A stretch of DNA of 64,000 nt from Octopus vulgaris (GCA_951406725.2 OX597823.1:104532001-104596000); one strand, 5' to 3'; positions 1-13,366 are shown, numbered from the stretch's first letter. Numbers and translations are program-made. Notes: generated from the letters alone by a model not told the origin.

Positions 1-402
1 TCCCTGATCACCTGACTTCCATCCTGTAAGCTGTGCTTAACAAACAGGGAGATACTCAAGAAGGAGGTCATTTTGCAGGCTTAAAGCCAACAGGATGGAA
101 AAATCTGAATAATTTTAGACAAGAACATGTATAGATTTTTCTAGACAACTGTTAGTTGTTGTTGTTGATGTTATGGTGTTTGTATTGTGTTGTTGGTGGT
201 GTTGGGTGTTGGAGAATGGTGGTGCAAATTTTGTTGGCTTGTAAATCAGTGGAAGCTGTAATAAATATTATAATATAGTTAATCAAATTCTGATGCCAAA
301 GTGATTGATTACCAAACAGATGCTTACTTTATTTTACACACACACACAATGTATACTGTGTATTCATAGGTTTGTATATGATTGCGTGCATAAACATCCA
401 TT

Positions 403-445
<43 letters not shown>

Positions 446-531
446 ATATATGTATATAAACCATGCTAGCATGGAAAGTGGACGTTAAACAATGATGATA
501 TATATATATATATATATATACTCTTTTAATT

Positions 532-897
532 GTTTCAGTCATTTGACTGTGGCCATGCTGGAGCACCACCTTTACGTCAAGCAAATTGACCCCAGGACTT
601 ATTCTTTGTAAGCCTAGTACTTATTCTAGCAGTCTCTTTTGCCGAACTGCTATGTTACGAGGACGTAAACACACCAGCATTGGTTGTCAAGCGATGTTGG
701 GGGGGGGAACAAACACACACACACACATATATATATATACGATGGGCTTCTTTCAGTTTCCGTCTACCAAATCCTCTCACAAGACTTTGGTTGGCCTGAA
801 GCTATAGTAGAAGACACTTGCCTAAGGTGCCACACAGTGGGACTGAACCCAGAACTATGTGGTTGGTAAGCAAGCTACTTACCACACAGCCACTCCT
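532..897 (-). mobile_element. tRNA-derived SINE family A, full length
   Basis: A/B-box-like head GGCTGTGTGGTAAG...GGTTCAGTCCC, CORE-like ACCTT(A/G)GGCAAGTG, internal microsatellite, tail GGTGCTCCAGCATGGCCACAGTC; many copies in the window. Confidence 0.85.
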
Positions 898-918
898 CCT
901 TTATATAATAATGTATGT

Positions 919-1064
919 ACAGGCATAGCTATGTGGTAAGAAGCTTGCTTCGCAACCATCTGGTTCTGGGCTCAGTTCCACTGAACACCTCAGGCAAGTG
1001 TCTTCTAAAGTTTCAGGCTGACCAAAGCCTTGTGAATGGATTTGTTAGACTGAAACAGAAGCCC

Positions 1065-1107
<43 letters not shown>
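919..1107 (+). mobile_element. SINE family A, 5' half ending in (TG)n
   Basis: Same head as 532-897 in the opposite orientation. Confidence 0.75.
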
Positions 1108-1110
<3 letters not shown>

Positions 1111-1889
1111 GAGTGCATTGTGTTACATAAATAACATTTCAAGGATTTCTATAAAAATATAACACCCAGAAAATTTAACAAAAAGAAGGAAAATTTGACA
1201 AAACCAAAACGCATGGAAAATTTGTAGATAATTCTTCATCAGTCAATGCCCAAGACATAATAGTTTTGCGCCATTATCGTTGTGTATGTGTGTGCACACA
1301 CGCACGCACGCACGCACGCGCGTACGTATGTATATCTATGTATCAGTTAGGGTAGTCATGTATCTCCTCTATTTCAAGACTCCTTTCTCTGTCCCAACTA
1401 GTCATCAACTGGTACAAAGCCACCTCCTTGTTGACCTCACTGGTGCTGGTACCACATGGAAAGTATCCAATAAACTCTATAAAGTGATTGGCATTAGGAA
1501 CGACGTCCTTAACAAAGCAGACAGTCGAGTGTAGTGCCGTTGTCTGGCTTGCTAGCTCCTATCAAATCATTCAACCCATGCCAGCACAGAAAGTGGACAT
1601 TAATTGATGCTGTGTTTGTGAGTGCGTGTATGTTTGTGTCTCCAGCCTCTCGTAATTTCATTGAGTTTCTGGACTGAACACTTAATTCTACATGACCTTA
1701 GTTAATTTGTTGTTAAGCTCTATATCTATGAGCTAAGGCATTCCAGTCATAGTCATCTCAGGGAATCAAGAACCAAATGAAATGAATTTTTTGTTCTTTA
1801 AGATGGTAGCGTATGAGTTGAGGGAGGTTTAGATGCTCTTTGTTACAGGTCAAGCAACTGCGTAGCAGCCATCTCTTCGGTTTGAGTTC

Positions 1890-3138
1890 CATCAGGTTGA
1901 GTTAAAACTCAACAACATTTTGAACCATGAAGAATTTGCAGTTTTTAATTTTTTTAAACATCTTTTTGCAATTGTCTGATGATGTATAGACTTGCCCAAA
2001 TGCATCAATAAATTAACATTGATATTTGTTTCACTGTTCTTACAATCATCTGAAATGGAAATGTGAAAGTGTGATATTTGAGCAATTTTGCTATTCAACT
2101 TCAGAAAAGGATGTAAAGCAGCTGAAACTGCTCGTAATATCAGTGAAACATTTGAGGAAATGACCAGTGAGTGGTCAGCTCAAAAATGGTTTCAACGATT
2201 TCGCAGTAGAGACCTCAACCTTGAAGATTGGGAACATAGTGGATGCCCATCTGTCATTGATAATGTTCCATTAAAGACCATTATTGAGAAAAATCCACAT
2301 AAAACCTCTCGAGAACTGGCAAAATAACTTCAAGTTAGCCAGAAAACTGCTTGCAACCATTTGCATGTGATCAGAAAATCAAAGAAGCTTGACAAATGGT
2401 TTGAATGAAAATCAGAAAATGTGCAGTTGTAAAATTTGCTCGTTGCTTCTTCTCCATAACCAGACTAATCCATTTCTCGACCATATTCTAACTTGCAATG
2501 AAAAGTGGATTCTGTACACTAATAAAAATGGTTCTTCAGTGGTTGGACCAAAATGAAGCACCAAAAACCTTCCCTAAACCTAAGCTCTTCAAAAAGAAGG
2601 TTATGATGACTGTTTAGTGGTTTACTGGACTCATCCACTATAACTTCTTAAACCTGGAAAAACCGTCACTGCAGAAACATATTGTCATGAAATTGCGAAA
2701 ATGAATGAAAAAATGCTACTCCTCCATCCCAGACTGGTAAACAGAAGCAAGCCGATCATTCTTCATGACAATGCTCAACAATGCGTTTCACTAATGATTC
2801 TCCAGAAGTTGAGGGAACTTGACCACGAGGTTCTGCCCCACCCAGCTTATTCCCCAGACCTTTCTCCTGCCAACTACCACATTTTCAAGCACCTTGATGG
2901 TTTCCTGCGAGAGAAGGAGTTCAGAAATCAAACCAGTGCTGAGAGTGTGTTCAAAGTGTTCATCCGCTCCATAACTCCGGATATTTATGTTACTGGAATG
3001 AACAAACCTGTAACTCGTTGGCAAAATGTGTTGACTGTAGTAGTACTTATTTTGATGATTAATATTTCTGCATTGTTGAAATATATTGCGATGAATTTCA
3101 TGTTTCAAAACATTGTTTACTTTTTACTCAGCTTGATA
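1890..3138 (+). mobile_element. Full-length decayed mariner (DD34D) transposon
   Basis: About 1.25 kb with degenerate ~45 bp TIRs (atcaggttgagttaaaactcaacaacattttgaa / ttcaaaacattgtttactttttactcagcttgat). Broken transposase with HTH (AQKWFQRFRS), TCNEKW, HDNA, HPAYSPDLSPANYHIF; stops and frameshifts. Confidence 0.92.
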
Positions 3139-5189
3139 GTCATTTGGAATGGCTTATCAGATCAGTCTGAGAATGCTACTTGTGATAAAGTAAGGTCCCA
3201 TCCAACAGAAAATTTATTTCATCTGCTTCATTTTATGAACCTTCAGGAGATCATCATCATTGTCGTTTAGCATCCTCTTTCCATGCTGGCATGGGTTGGA
3301 GGGTTTGACAAGGAGCTGGATAGCAGGGAGTTGTCTAGGCTCCGTCTGTTGTGGCATGGTTTCTCTGGCTGGATGCCCTTCCTAATGCCAGCCACTTAAC
3401 ATCCTGTATGTGTGGAAGACAGCGATTTTATTTAGCTTGATATATGTCTTAACAAGTACAGCAAAGTGCCACATTTCCAGGTCCTTTGTCATTTCCTCAG
3501 TGAGGCCCAGCATCTGAAAATCCTTTCTCACCATTTTGTCCCACATTTTCCTGGGTCTTCCCCTTCCACAGGTATCCTCCACAATTAGAGCTTCGTAAAT
3601 TGGTACAGCCATGGCTGTTAAGATTCTTGCATTGCAACCACACAGTTTCAGGTTTAGTCCCACAATGCTAACCAATGTTGGTCTTTTACTATTGCTCCTA
3701 GCTAACCAACACTCCATAAGTGAATTTACTGGACAGAGTCTGCACGGAAGCCCATCATGTGTGTGTATGAATAATGTGACTGTGTTTGTGCTTTTCCCCA
3801 CCCCACTTCCTGTTTGATAACTGGTGTTGGTTTGGTTACATCCTTGATAGAGCAAATATCAGACACTAAAAATAAGTACTGAGGTTGATTTGTTTGATTA
3901 AACCCTTCAGGGTAGTTCATTAGCATGGCCGCAGTCCAATGAATGAAACGAGTGAACGGTAAGATAAAGTGTTACGGGTATTAAAGGTTGCTGTGGTGTG
4001 ACTTTACCCGACACTTTAATAGCAGCAGAATTTTCCAACATAGATTCATGTTTATTGTCTCCCTCTAAGAGGCACTGTCAATGAGATGTCATGGTGTTAA
4101 TCCCTTGTTTGGTATTAAGTCATTGAGAGAAAACAGTCTTTTCTCTGTAGGAATGCCTGTTCATCGCAAATTTTAAGATTTTCAATACTTTGCAGTTCTA
4201 CCGTGCTCCTGCTTTCTGCTTACAAGAGGGCAGTGCTGTGCCTTACCATTGTATCAGGTCATAGTTCAGTGAAGCGAGTGATTGATCGTTAAGAATGAAT
4301 GCTGAAGACACCCACTGTTTATATATTATTAGTACTAATATACAAACCTTCAGCTCTTACTCTGTAGACTGGTGATAGTAAGTTGTTAATCCGGCTTGTG
4401 ACACTCTCTTTGCATCACTGATAAGAGATAGGTATCCAAACCCTTAGTATTTAGAGTGAGTGGTTATTTGTGTGTAGTGAGAGATAGATAAGTCATGTAT
4501 CAAACTGGTTATATATACTGACAATAATTTTATATATTTGAGATATAAACTATCATCTTGTGTCTTGATAAAGTCTGATTGCTGTCAGTACAGATCTTTG
4601 TTTGGTATTGATTTGCATAACTGCAGTTTAGTTGTTTGTTGCGTACCCCATTATCAGCTGCTTATCAGTTGATCCTTTCTTGCAAACTGGGTAATTCTAT
4701 TGCTAATCTTGTGCTCAGTTGATCATTGTCTTGTGTCAATAATCACAATGTTAAATGAGTCATATTAGCAGTACTGTTAATGACTTTTAAATGTGTAGCT
4801 CAATGTTGTTGACCTTGCATCCAACTTCACGTCTGACATGATTCTTAAGCCTATATCAGGTCTGATTGGGCAGAATGATCAGATGTTCCAACTATGGCTA
4901 GATTTTTTTCTTTCTTTCACACATGGTCTATCTGATATGGAAATTTGAGTGCTATTTCTAGCTGATCAGATTACTGTGTAATGGCATCCTCATTGACTCA
5001 ATATGATTAGAATGTATTTATTTTGTGACCCTGTATTTCACCTCTCTTGATTGACTTTTTGTTTTTAATATTGATTTTGATATATGGAAGTACTGCAAGG
5101 ACAGTAATAGAGATAGGAAGGATCTTGGCAGGGTTTCCTTATTTTTTTATTTGTTGTTTTGTTTTATAAGAAGCAGTTGTGTTCATGGC

Positions 5190-5460
5190 CTTCATAGGCT
5201 TTTGAGATTGGTGAGAGTGATGCAGCTGACACTGTTCTTCTTGAGTAACTGATTGGTGCATGAAAACATGGACAGAGAGGAAGGTAGAGAATTCCAGAAG
5301 GATGACATCCTGAAGAGGAAGGACTGGGTAGAGTAATTAGTACAAAGCTTGAGATAAGATAGTGAGCACAACATAGGTGACAAGTAAGCTGGATGGTTCT
5401 GTGTGAAGGTGGTATGAGATCATAGTAGAAGAGGCAGTGAAGAATGTGGGCCAGAGTTTG
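5190..5460 (-). mobile_element. Old L2/CR1-type LINE 3' fragment
   Basis: YSTQSFLFRMSSFWNSLPSS motif. Confidence 0.6.
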
Positions 5461-7582
5461 AGTAGCCTTTTTTTTTTTTTTAGATTACATTTAATTTATG
5501 TCTATCCGGAGAGTGAGACACTTCAAATTCTGATTGAAGTAATTTCCTTTTAATTTCTGTACTTTTCTTGAATACAATATTTATAGACAATGGAATTGCA
5601 GAATCGGTAGAGCATCAGATACCTACAGTATTTAGTTATGGTTTCATGTGGCGTTTGCATTCTTCATTTTGGCTTTGTGCATTCTGGTTTCAGTTCCTGT
5701 TATGGTCAGCTTTGGCTTTTCTTTCATCTTTCTGGGGTTGATAAAGTATCAGTCCAGCACAGTGGATCGGTGCCATTAGATGCCTTTTAGTATTTAGTCC
5801 ATCTCTTTACATTCTAATGTCAAATCCTGCAACAGTTTACTTTAGTGATAGACTTAATCTGTCCCCCAGTTTAACACTACTACCTGATTCTTGGGCACCT
5901 TTAGTGGACTCCATTCTGTTGTGAGCGTTCTGGACAGATATGTTCCTTCCTGCCTTCCCACTAGTCCCAGAGTCCCTAAAAAGCATCATAGACATTGCCC
6001 TTCTCTCTTGAAACAATTCATTTAGGTAATGAGGTTCTCCAGGCGGTTGTTTGTAAACTGACTCCTTTACATGTGCACATGATCACCTATTTGTTGGAGG
6101 CTAGAGTATTGTTAGTAGACCCTGCTTCTGTAATATGACTGATATTTATTTTAGTTGGTTCTGGTGGCTTGATGATAAACAGTGAATCCTAGTGATTTGA
6201 ACTCAAAATGCAAGAGAACTAAATACTAAAATTCCTTGTCTACTGGCTACAGTTATGCCACCATTCCCCTGTTGTATCCCTTAAAAAAAAAATTAAAAAA
6301 AAATTTACTATCTAGACAAAACTTTATAAATATTGATTTTAAAGAAAAACCTTATCAGTAAAACACTGTGCCACAAATTCTGTTATGACAGGTCATGCTG
6401 TGCTTTTAAAGGCCTTTAAGATAAAATATCACATACTTGTAAAGCAGTTCAGGGTTGGCAACAGAAAGAACATCCAGCTGTAAAAATCAGGCCTATAGAT
6501 TTTAAAACAAGTTGCTTATCTCTTGGCCAGTTCTTACCTAGCAGGCTTTTGATCTAAGACATTCTGGCCATGACCATCCCTGTCCTATTATTTAGCATGT
6601 ATATGACTGCATCTAATGTACCATCCTTTTTTAAGATGGTAACATTTGACGTGAGGAAATTTGAATGCTACTTCTCACAGGCCAGGCGACCACATTGAGG
6701 TTCTGTGTGAAAAGGTTTGGGGAAGTATCCATTTTACCAAATTCCTTCTTCCAAATTCTATTTGCTTTTCCAAATTGATAGATACCCACAATGAGTGTAT
6801 TCCCTATTGATCAGGCTCATTGAACTGTTATATTGCATATAGATTTACATAGAGAACACTTAGAGTAACCTCCAAGAGTCAGTGCGGATGGTTCTGTGTT
6901 ATTATTTGTACATGGATATGTGCCATCACTCTTATCAGATAATGGAATTTCTAATTGTCTGAGGTGATGCAAGTTTCCAAGCAATATGTATAACATGTCA
7001 TTATCTACAAATGAGAAAATATTATACCAGATAGTAGTAGTTGTTATATTAGAACAGTGAAGGTTAATGACACTGAATAGTTTATAAAGAACCATAGAGG
7101 ATGAAATGTCAATAGCTTGTTACCAACAGTGAATTCATGGCTGTAAAATTCTCTCGATCATTTTTTGTTTTTGTTCTTTTCTTATTCAAATGGAATTTGT
7201 TGATTGAACATGTTTTAATGCATATAGCATTAAAGGTTTATTTCCCTCGGCTTTTAAAACTGTTACGCTTCTGTTAAGGTAGATTTTAAAATATATATAT
7301 CATCGTCATTGTTTAATGGTTTTCCTATTCTGACATGGGTTAGATGGTTTGACAGGAGCTGCACCAGGTTCCATTGTCTGTTTTGGCATGGTTCCAATGG
7401 CTGAATGCCCTTCCTAAAGCTATCCACTTTACAGAGTGTACTGGATACATTTTAAGTGGCACCAGCACTGACAGTCAACAAGTACTTTGCAAGGCAAAAA
7501 CCCTTCAACTGGGAGGAGCGATTAGTATTGAGGGTGTGTGGCTTTGTGCCAACTGAGAGTCTAAAGGTATAGAGAGACTGAA

Positions 7583-7812
7583 GGTGGCAAGCTGGCAGAA
7601 ATGTTAGCACGCCGGGCGAAATGCTCAGAGATATTTCGTCTGCCACTACATTCTGAGTTCAAATTCCGCTGAGGTCGACTTTGTCTTTCATCCTTTCAGG
7701 GTCGATAAATTAAGTACCAGTTACACACTGGGGTCGACATAATCGACTTAATCCCATTGTCTGTCCTTGTTTGTTCCCTCTGTTTAGCCCCTTGTGGGTA
7801 GTAAAGAAATAG
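7583..7812 (+). mobile_element. tRNA-derived SINE family B
   Basis: GGCAAGCTGGCAGAA...GAGTTCAAATTCC...CTTTCATCCTTTCAGGGTCGATAAATTAAGTACCAG; flanked by 14 bp TSD aggtataga(g/t)agac. Confidence 0.85.
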
Positions 7813-8934
7813 GTATAGATAGACAGATAGGTGCCTTGCTGTGGAGTTAATACATGGATACCTCAGATGGAAAAGTAAGGAGAGTGAGTTAGAGAGTAAG
7901 ATAAAGAGAGCAATAGTGAGAGAGATGATGGTAAAGATGTATTGAGACATGCCCTGAAGGGACATTGGGAACAGTGAGAATAGGTTTGGTGGTATAGAGG
8001 TTTGGACTGGGTGAGTGGACGGGATTGAGGTGATCATAGCAAATGATGGAAAGAAATATAAGAGAAGCCATGGGGCAGGGTTTGCAGTAAATATTGAGGA
8101 TGATAGCAGGTAAGTGAGGTGTTTGAGGTGTTAATGATGGAAATCAGCATGGAAGATGATTGGTGGAGGCAGGTGGTGGTGGTGGTGGGGGGGAGACAGT
8201 AGGAAATGAAAGTGGGTTGAGGTGGGGGAAAAAAGGTAAATGAGAAAGTTGGGAGATGCAATAAACGTCTCTTCTGTTCTCAGGTAATAGAGAATTGATG
8301 GGTGTTAGGGAATGGAATGTGTGTGTGTGTGTGTGGGGTAAATGATTGACAGAGCAGAGAGTTGGGGTGGGGCAGATACCTCTTCATGGACAAGCATTTT
8401 AGGATATCAGTTCTGTTGTCATGGACGGGTCTTCTTGGGTACAGCAAGGCACTAGATATCTTTCTCCATTCACCAACCATTACCAATGCCAACATCATTG
8501 CCACCACCACCACCACCACAATAATTGCTACTAGTTTTCCTTACCTTTTGTATTAATATATGGATGTTTAGATGGATTTCCTTTCACTTTCAACCAAATT
8601 AATTTTAATTTGGTTTAATGGTTTTCATTTTGCGATTTGCACTAACAAACCTCCCTTTTTTTCTTGTCTCCACATTTTCATCAATTTTGCAAATTTAAGC
8701 ATTTATTGAAGAAGTTATTGTTGTCTAACTGTACATAAGTTCTCACTGACATATAAGATATGATTTGAGAGAGATTTGACTGTTATTTGTAATAGGTTTT
8801 GTGTCTATAGAAGTTCCCTCATTGCCAATATTCCATTGTGATAGGGACAACCTATGATCAAGTCAAATGATCTGAGGTCTATAGCTCATGAATAAAACAG
8901 CTGCAGTAAAGAATGAAAAGTGAACCAAATTCAA

Positions 8935-9368
8935 TGTCTGGCACCCATGCCAGTGGAGCGCTAACAGCTCCATCCAAGTGGGGTCACTGCCAGAACAGCT
9001 GTCTGGCATGTAAAGAGAACCATTTGAGCGTGATCGTTGTCAGCATCGCTTCACTGGCATGTGAGCAAAACATTCGAGCGAGGTCGTTGCCAGTGCTGCT
9101 GGACTGACTCCTGTGCAGGTGGCATGTAAAAAAACACCATTTTCGAGTGTGGCCGTTGCCAGTACTGCCTGACTGGCCCTCATGCCAGTGGCACTTTAAA
9201 AGCACCCACTACACTCTCAGAGTGGTTGGTGTTAGGAAGGGCATCCAGCTGTAGAAACTCTGCCAGATCAAGATTGGATCCTGGTGCAGCCATCTGGTTT
9301 GCCAGCCCTCAGTCAAAATCGTCCAACCCATGCTAGCATGGAAAGCAGACGTTAAATGATGATGATGA
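8935..9368 (+). mobile_element. RTE-associated 3' UTR repeat (family C) with (GAT)n tail
   Basis: ttaggaagggcatccagctgtagaaac...caacccatgctagcatggaaagcagacgttaaatgatgatgat; more than 10 copies in the window. Confidence 0.8.
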
Positions 9369-9781
9369 GTTGAATGTGATCTGTGTGCTGTATGTTTAAC
9401 TTAGATGAAAAGTGGAGCCCAGCTGAGGTTAGCTGAAGGGAGCAGCTGAACATTAAAAGGTTTCATCGAAAACTCTGCCGGAGTGAGGTGTGAAATGATT
9501 TGTGACATAGATTTATAATATGGATGGAAAATGAATATGAGGTGCTACTACAGAGTTTCTGTGGCATAGGATGTCCAAGGAAGATGTTGGAGGAAGTAAT
9601 GAGGTTAGATCACAGGATGCCAAACTATTTTGAACCGTGCTGGAAAAGAAAAGATAAATAAATAGATTCTCATTATTAAAACTTTAATAACAAACCTGTT
9701 GTCAAGTTATCCTTTATTAATGATTATCCAACTCATAATTGTCGTAGCCAGAATAATAACTTCAATGTTTTTATTTTACAG

Positions 9782-9892
9782 ACTACAAGGGAGGAATTTG
9801 ATACACATGAATACTGTGTGAGGCGTAGATACAATGACTTTGTATGGTTACGTCAGAGATTGGAAGATGGTTATCCGACACATTTGGTGCCT
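9782..9892 (+). CDS. SNX30: Sorting nexin SNX7/SNX30 family, internal exon (PX domain)
   Basis: ttttacag|ACT...CCT|gtaagt; 111 nt, phase 0/0; TTREEFDTHEYCVRRRYNDFVWLRQRLEDGYPTHLVP has the PX RRY.DF.WL motif. Confidence 0.92.
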
Positions 9893-10129
9893 GTAAGTAG
9901 AAAACATTTCTTCACTTTTCGTTGACATACATAAAATATCAGCATTTCATACATCAGATATTGATGTAATCATACATACAATATAGGCATGTGTTATAAA
10001 TGCAATATAGTCATGGATGCCATACATACCTTATAGAGATGTGTGTATATACAGTATGTGTATGTTGCATATACAATATAAATGTGTGTGTTGTACGTAC
10101 AATATAAACATGCATGTTTATGTACAGTA

Positions 10130-11310
10130 TGTTAGGTGGGTAAAAAAGTCTTGTTGCATTTCAAAATGGAAAAGAAAGTAATGATTCTTTGGTCTTAACT
10201 GATATCAAGATATTTCCCCTTATTATTGTTAACATAATCCCATTTATTTGGAAATTGTTAATCCCTCAAATGTAAAATACTTCAGCTTTTAAAGCGAAGA
10301 AACAATCAGTATGTTTTTTTAATCCTTCACAATTAATAAACTGTTTTGTCTCTAAATATTGTTGCAGTGATCTGAGAAAATGAAAATATGATGGAGCAAG
10401 GTCAGGAGAATAATTATTTAGTGCCATAATCTTTTCCTGAGTGACTTAGGCAATATATGGTCTTGCGTTATTGTGTAAGAGCAACACTCTTTCATGACTG
10501 ACTCATGAAGAATGCTTTTTCTGAAATTTTTTATGCAATTCTTCCAGTTGGTGATAATACTTCCCATTAACCATTTTGTTTTGTTTCACACTTTCACACC
10601 CCTTTTACATTCTACGAAACCCAGAGCATAACTTCTTTCACGTTTAGTCTTGATTTAAGGATAGATTCTCCTTTTTTCGTTGGGTGTTAACTATGATTAT
10701 AGAGAACCTATTTTTCGTCACTTGTTATATTTCTCTCTAGGAAAGGTCCGGAAGCATTTCTACTCTTCAATGTTAAGCATGGGCAACTCTTTAAGCTGAG
10801 GAGCAGTCAGATGACCACAAATTTAGACACTTTTCCTATATTTCTGAAGATCCTTTTGATTGAAGTGTGACTTGACTTCAGTTGTTTTGCCAATTCTTAA
10901 GCAGTTTTTTTTATTGGATTTTCAACTACAATTTTCAGAAGCTTGATATTAGCAAATTGGTCATCTGGATCAAGGGAAATCTATGAGTAAAAATAGTTCT
11001 TGAGTGAAACTGGCCAAACCATTGCTGGTATATCCAAACACTTAAAATTTCTTTTCCATAGATAGAATGAATATTTCTTATCACTACCATTGCTTAAGAG
11101 TCCATTTTGAATTTAAACAGCATGCAGTGACAGATACAGATCTAATCTAAACAAATTTTAAAGGGTAAAAGTAATACAGATTTAACCACTGGTATAAAAC
11201 AATCTGCTATGAAAGAACAATATATTTGTGTTACTGTAAGTATTGAAAATGTACCCTCAGAATGATCATGTCAAAAATTCAAAAATGTGACGGAACCTTC
11301 TAAACTAATA
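10130..11310 (-). mobile_element. Highly decayed mariner transposon
   Basis: Reverse strand gives LLLHNNARP and YSPDLAPSYFHFL fragments; ~1.2 kb; ends approximate. Confidence 0.75.
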
Positions 11311-11566
11311 GATATGTATGTTGTACGTAAAATACAAACATGAGAGATAATGATCAAGATACGAAAAATGTTTTGGTCATTACAGAATCCATCATCTTAA
11401 GTTGTTCAATTGTTTTTTCATAAATATTTGATGATCTTGGGTTATGAGAGTAATGTAAAGTATATAATTATATTTTCATCACTGTACATTTCTTTTTAAT
11501 CATACCACAAACTCGAACTTGAAACTTGTATAATAAATGTGACAACATCTTGTGTTTTATTTTCAG

Positions 11567-11728
11567 CCTCTGCCTGCTAAACACAGCCTACGGCGTTTGG
11601 ACCGTTTCAGTTCTGAGTTTCTACGAGTTCGACAACAAGCATTACAGAAATTCCTCACCCGAATCGCTGATCATCCAGTCTTGTCCTTTGATAAACATTT
11701 TCATGTATTTCTCACTGCTAAAGCTTGG
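11567..11728 (+). CDS. SNX30: SNX7/30 exon (PX domain C-terminal half)
   Basis: tttcag|CCT...TGG|gtaaga; 162 nt; [54 protein letters not shown] resembles SNX30 (DRFSEEF...HPVLSFN.HF..FLTAK). Confidence 0.93.
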
Positions 11729-12304
11729 GTAAGACTTCCTTCCTTCTCCCTCTCTCTCTCTCTAGTTGTCTCATTACTTTTTACCTCTCCCCATTTTTGT
11801 CCTCTACTCTGTACACTTTGGATCAAACTCAGTTGTGCAATTCACAGAATTTTTTCCTAATATGCATCTGTGGTTGCTGAAAGTTGTATATAAAGTGAGT
11901 TTTGTTTTCTCTTTACATCAAACAAATTAAGAAGTTTTAAGCAATTGTAAAATATTGTATAAATACGTCCCTAGCAAGTGTGCTTGCTGTGCTGCAATGT
12001 GGAAATATTTCTAGTGCTAGTGCATGCATATACAGCTGCATGCATGCACACTACATGCAAGTACTGTCCAAATCTCCGACCAATCACATACAGCTAGCTG
12101 GCATTCAATTGGCGTATCAAGTTTCGGGCATTTTCATTGGGTTTTGGATAGAAAATTCACAAAAAAGTCACTTCTATTGATTTTTTTAATGGCTTTGCAG
12201 GGTGACTGGGGAAATGTAAGGATGTGCACAACCACCCTTGGACGATTTGGAATGACCATAGAAAGTGTGAGCCATCTAACTGAAAAATTGTGGATTTGTA
12301 TAAA

Positions 12305-12306
<2 letters not shown>

Positions 12307-12364
<58 letters not shown>
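12307..12364. repeat. (AC)n microsatellite
   Basis: Direct reading. Confidence 0.95.
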
Positions 12365-12369
<5 letters not shown>

Positions 12370-12589
12370 TTTTGCCGTTTATATATCATATGAAACCATT
12401 TTAACTCCAATCCTTTGTTATTTCAAAAACTTAAGTCACCAAATATATAATCATGCAACTGACTCCTACTCCCTAAAATTTGTGAGTTTGTTCCAAAATT
12501 TGGAACCATTATATCTTAATATAAGGTATTGTGATATTATTGTCAGGTCTGTAGTGCAGATGGTAATGTGCTGAGCAATGATTAATTTC

Positions 12590-12807
12590 TATTTCTTTAT
12601 TGCCCACAAGGGGCTAAACACAGAGGGGACAAACAGATTAAGTCAATTACATCGACCCCAATGCATAACTGGTACTTATTTAATCGACCCCAAAGGATGA
12701 AAGGCAAAGTCAACCTCGGCAGAATTTGAACTCAGAACGCAGTGGCGGGCGAATTACCACAAAGCATTTCGCCTGGCGTGCTCACGTTTCTGCCAGCTCA
12801 CCCCCTT
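12590..12807 (-). mobile_element. SINE family B with perfect 23-bp TSD
   Basis: TGTGCTGAGCAATGATTAATTTC at 12567-12589 and 12808-12830. Confidence 0.9.
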
Positions 12808-13149
12808 TGTGCTGAGCAATGATTAATTTCATTGATTAATGACTGAGTTTAAATCTTGAGTCACCTTCGTCACATTTTATCCCACTGTTGGTCTGCAAGA
12901 AATTCAGTTCCATAGGTTACAGCTTCTCCGACACATCATCTGCATATGTTCGTGTCAGTACAAATTACATTATGCAATGAAAATTAATTCAGGGTCAAGG
13001 ACTCATAAACTGAGTTTTACTTAATTTTATGTCCTGTCTTGGTGAGAGATAATTAAAATCTCAGATGCTGACCATAACAGAGACAGGTAATATAGATTCT
13101 GTCAGTATAGAGTAATTATTAATATTTTGTGGTGTTTCAGGGTGCACCC

Positions 13150-13366
13150 TGATTAAGCAGACCCATGGTTAAAGCTCTAGGTCACATCTTGAGTAAGCAG
13201 ACCCATGGTTAAAGCTCTAGGTCACATCTTGATTAAGCAGACCCATGGTTAAAGCTCTAGGTCACATCTTGATTAAGCAGACCCATGGTTAAAGCTCTAG
13301 GTCACGTCTTGATTAAGCAGACCCATGGTTAAAGCTCTAGGTCACATCTTGATTAAGCAGACCCAT
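13150..13366. repeat. Minisatellite, 40-bp unit x ~5.4
   Basis: TGATTAAGCAGACCCATGGTTAAAGCTCTAGGTCACATCT repeated head-to-tail with two substitutions. Confidence 0.95.

Noticed and set aside
860-897. tRNA genes at SINE heads
   Set aside because: A/B-box-like motifs are present but there is no complete cloverleaf, and they continue into SINE bodies.
2055-3065. Functional or domesticated (SETMAR-like) transposase
   Set aside because: Multiple stops and frameshifts, and two catalytic Asp positions read Asn.
7850-8270. Purine-rich stretch as a possible retroelement ORF remnant (similar composition on the other strand at ~46020-46430)
   Set aside because: No diagnostic motif could be recovered by eye.
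1-9781. Upstream SNX exons (start of the PX domain)
   Set aside because: No exon with the expected V.DPEK/Y.TY.V-type sequence was found; presumed to lie outside the window.
13150-13366. CRISPR-like regular repeat
   Set aside because: Units are contiguous with no unique spacers; eukaryotic intron; no cas genes.
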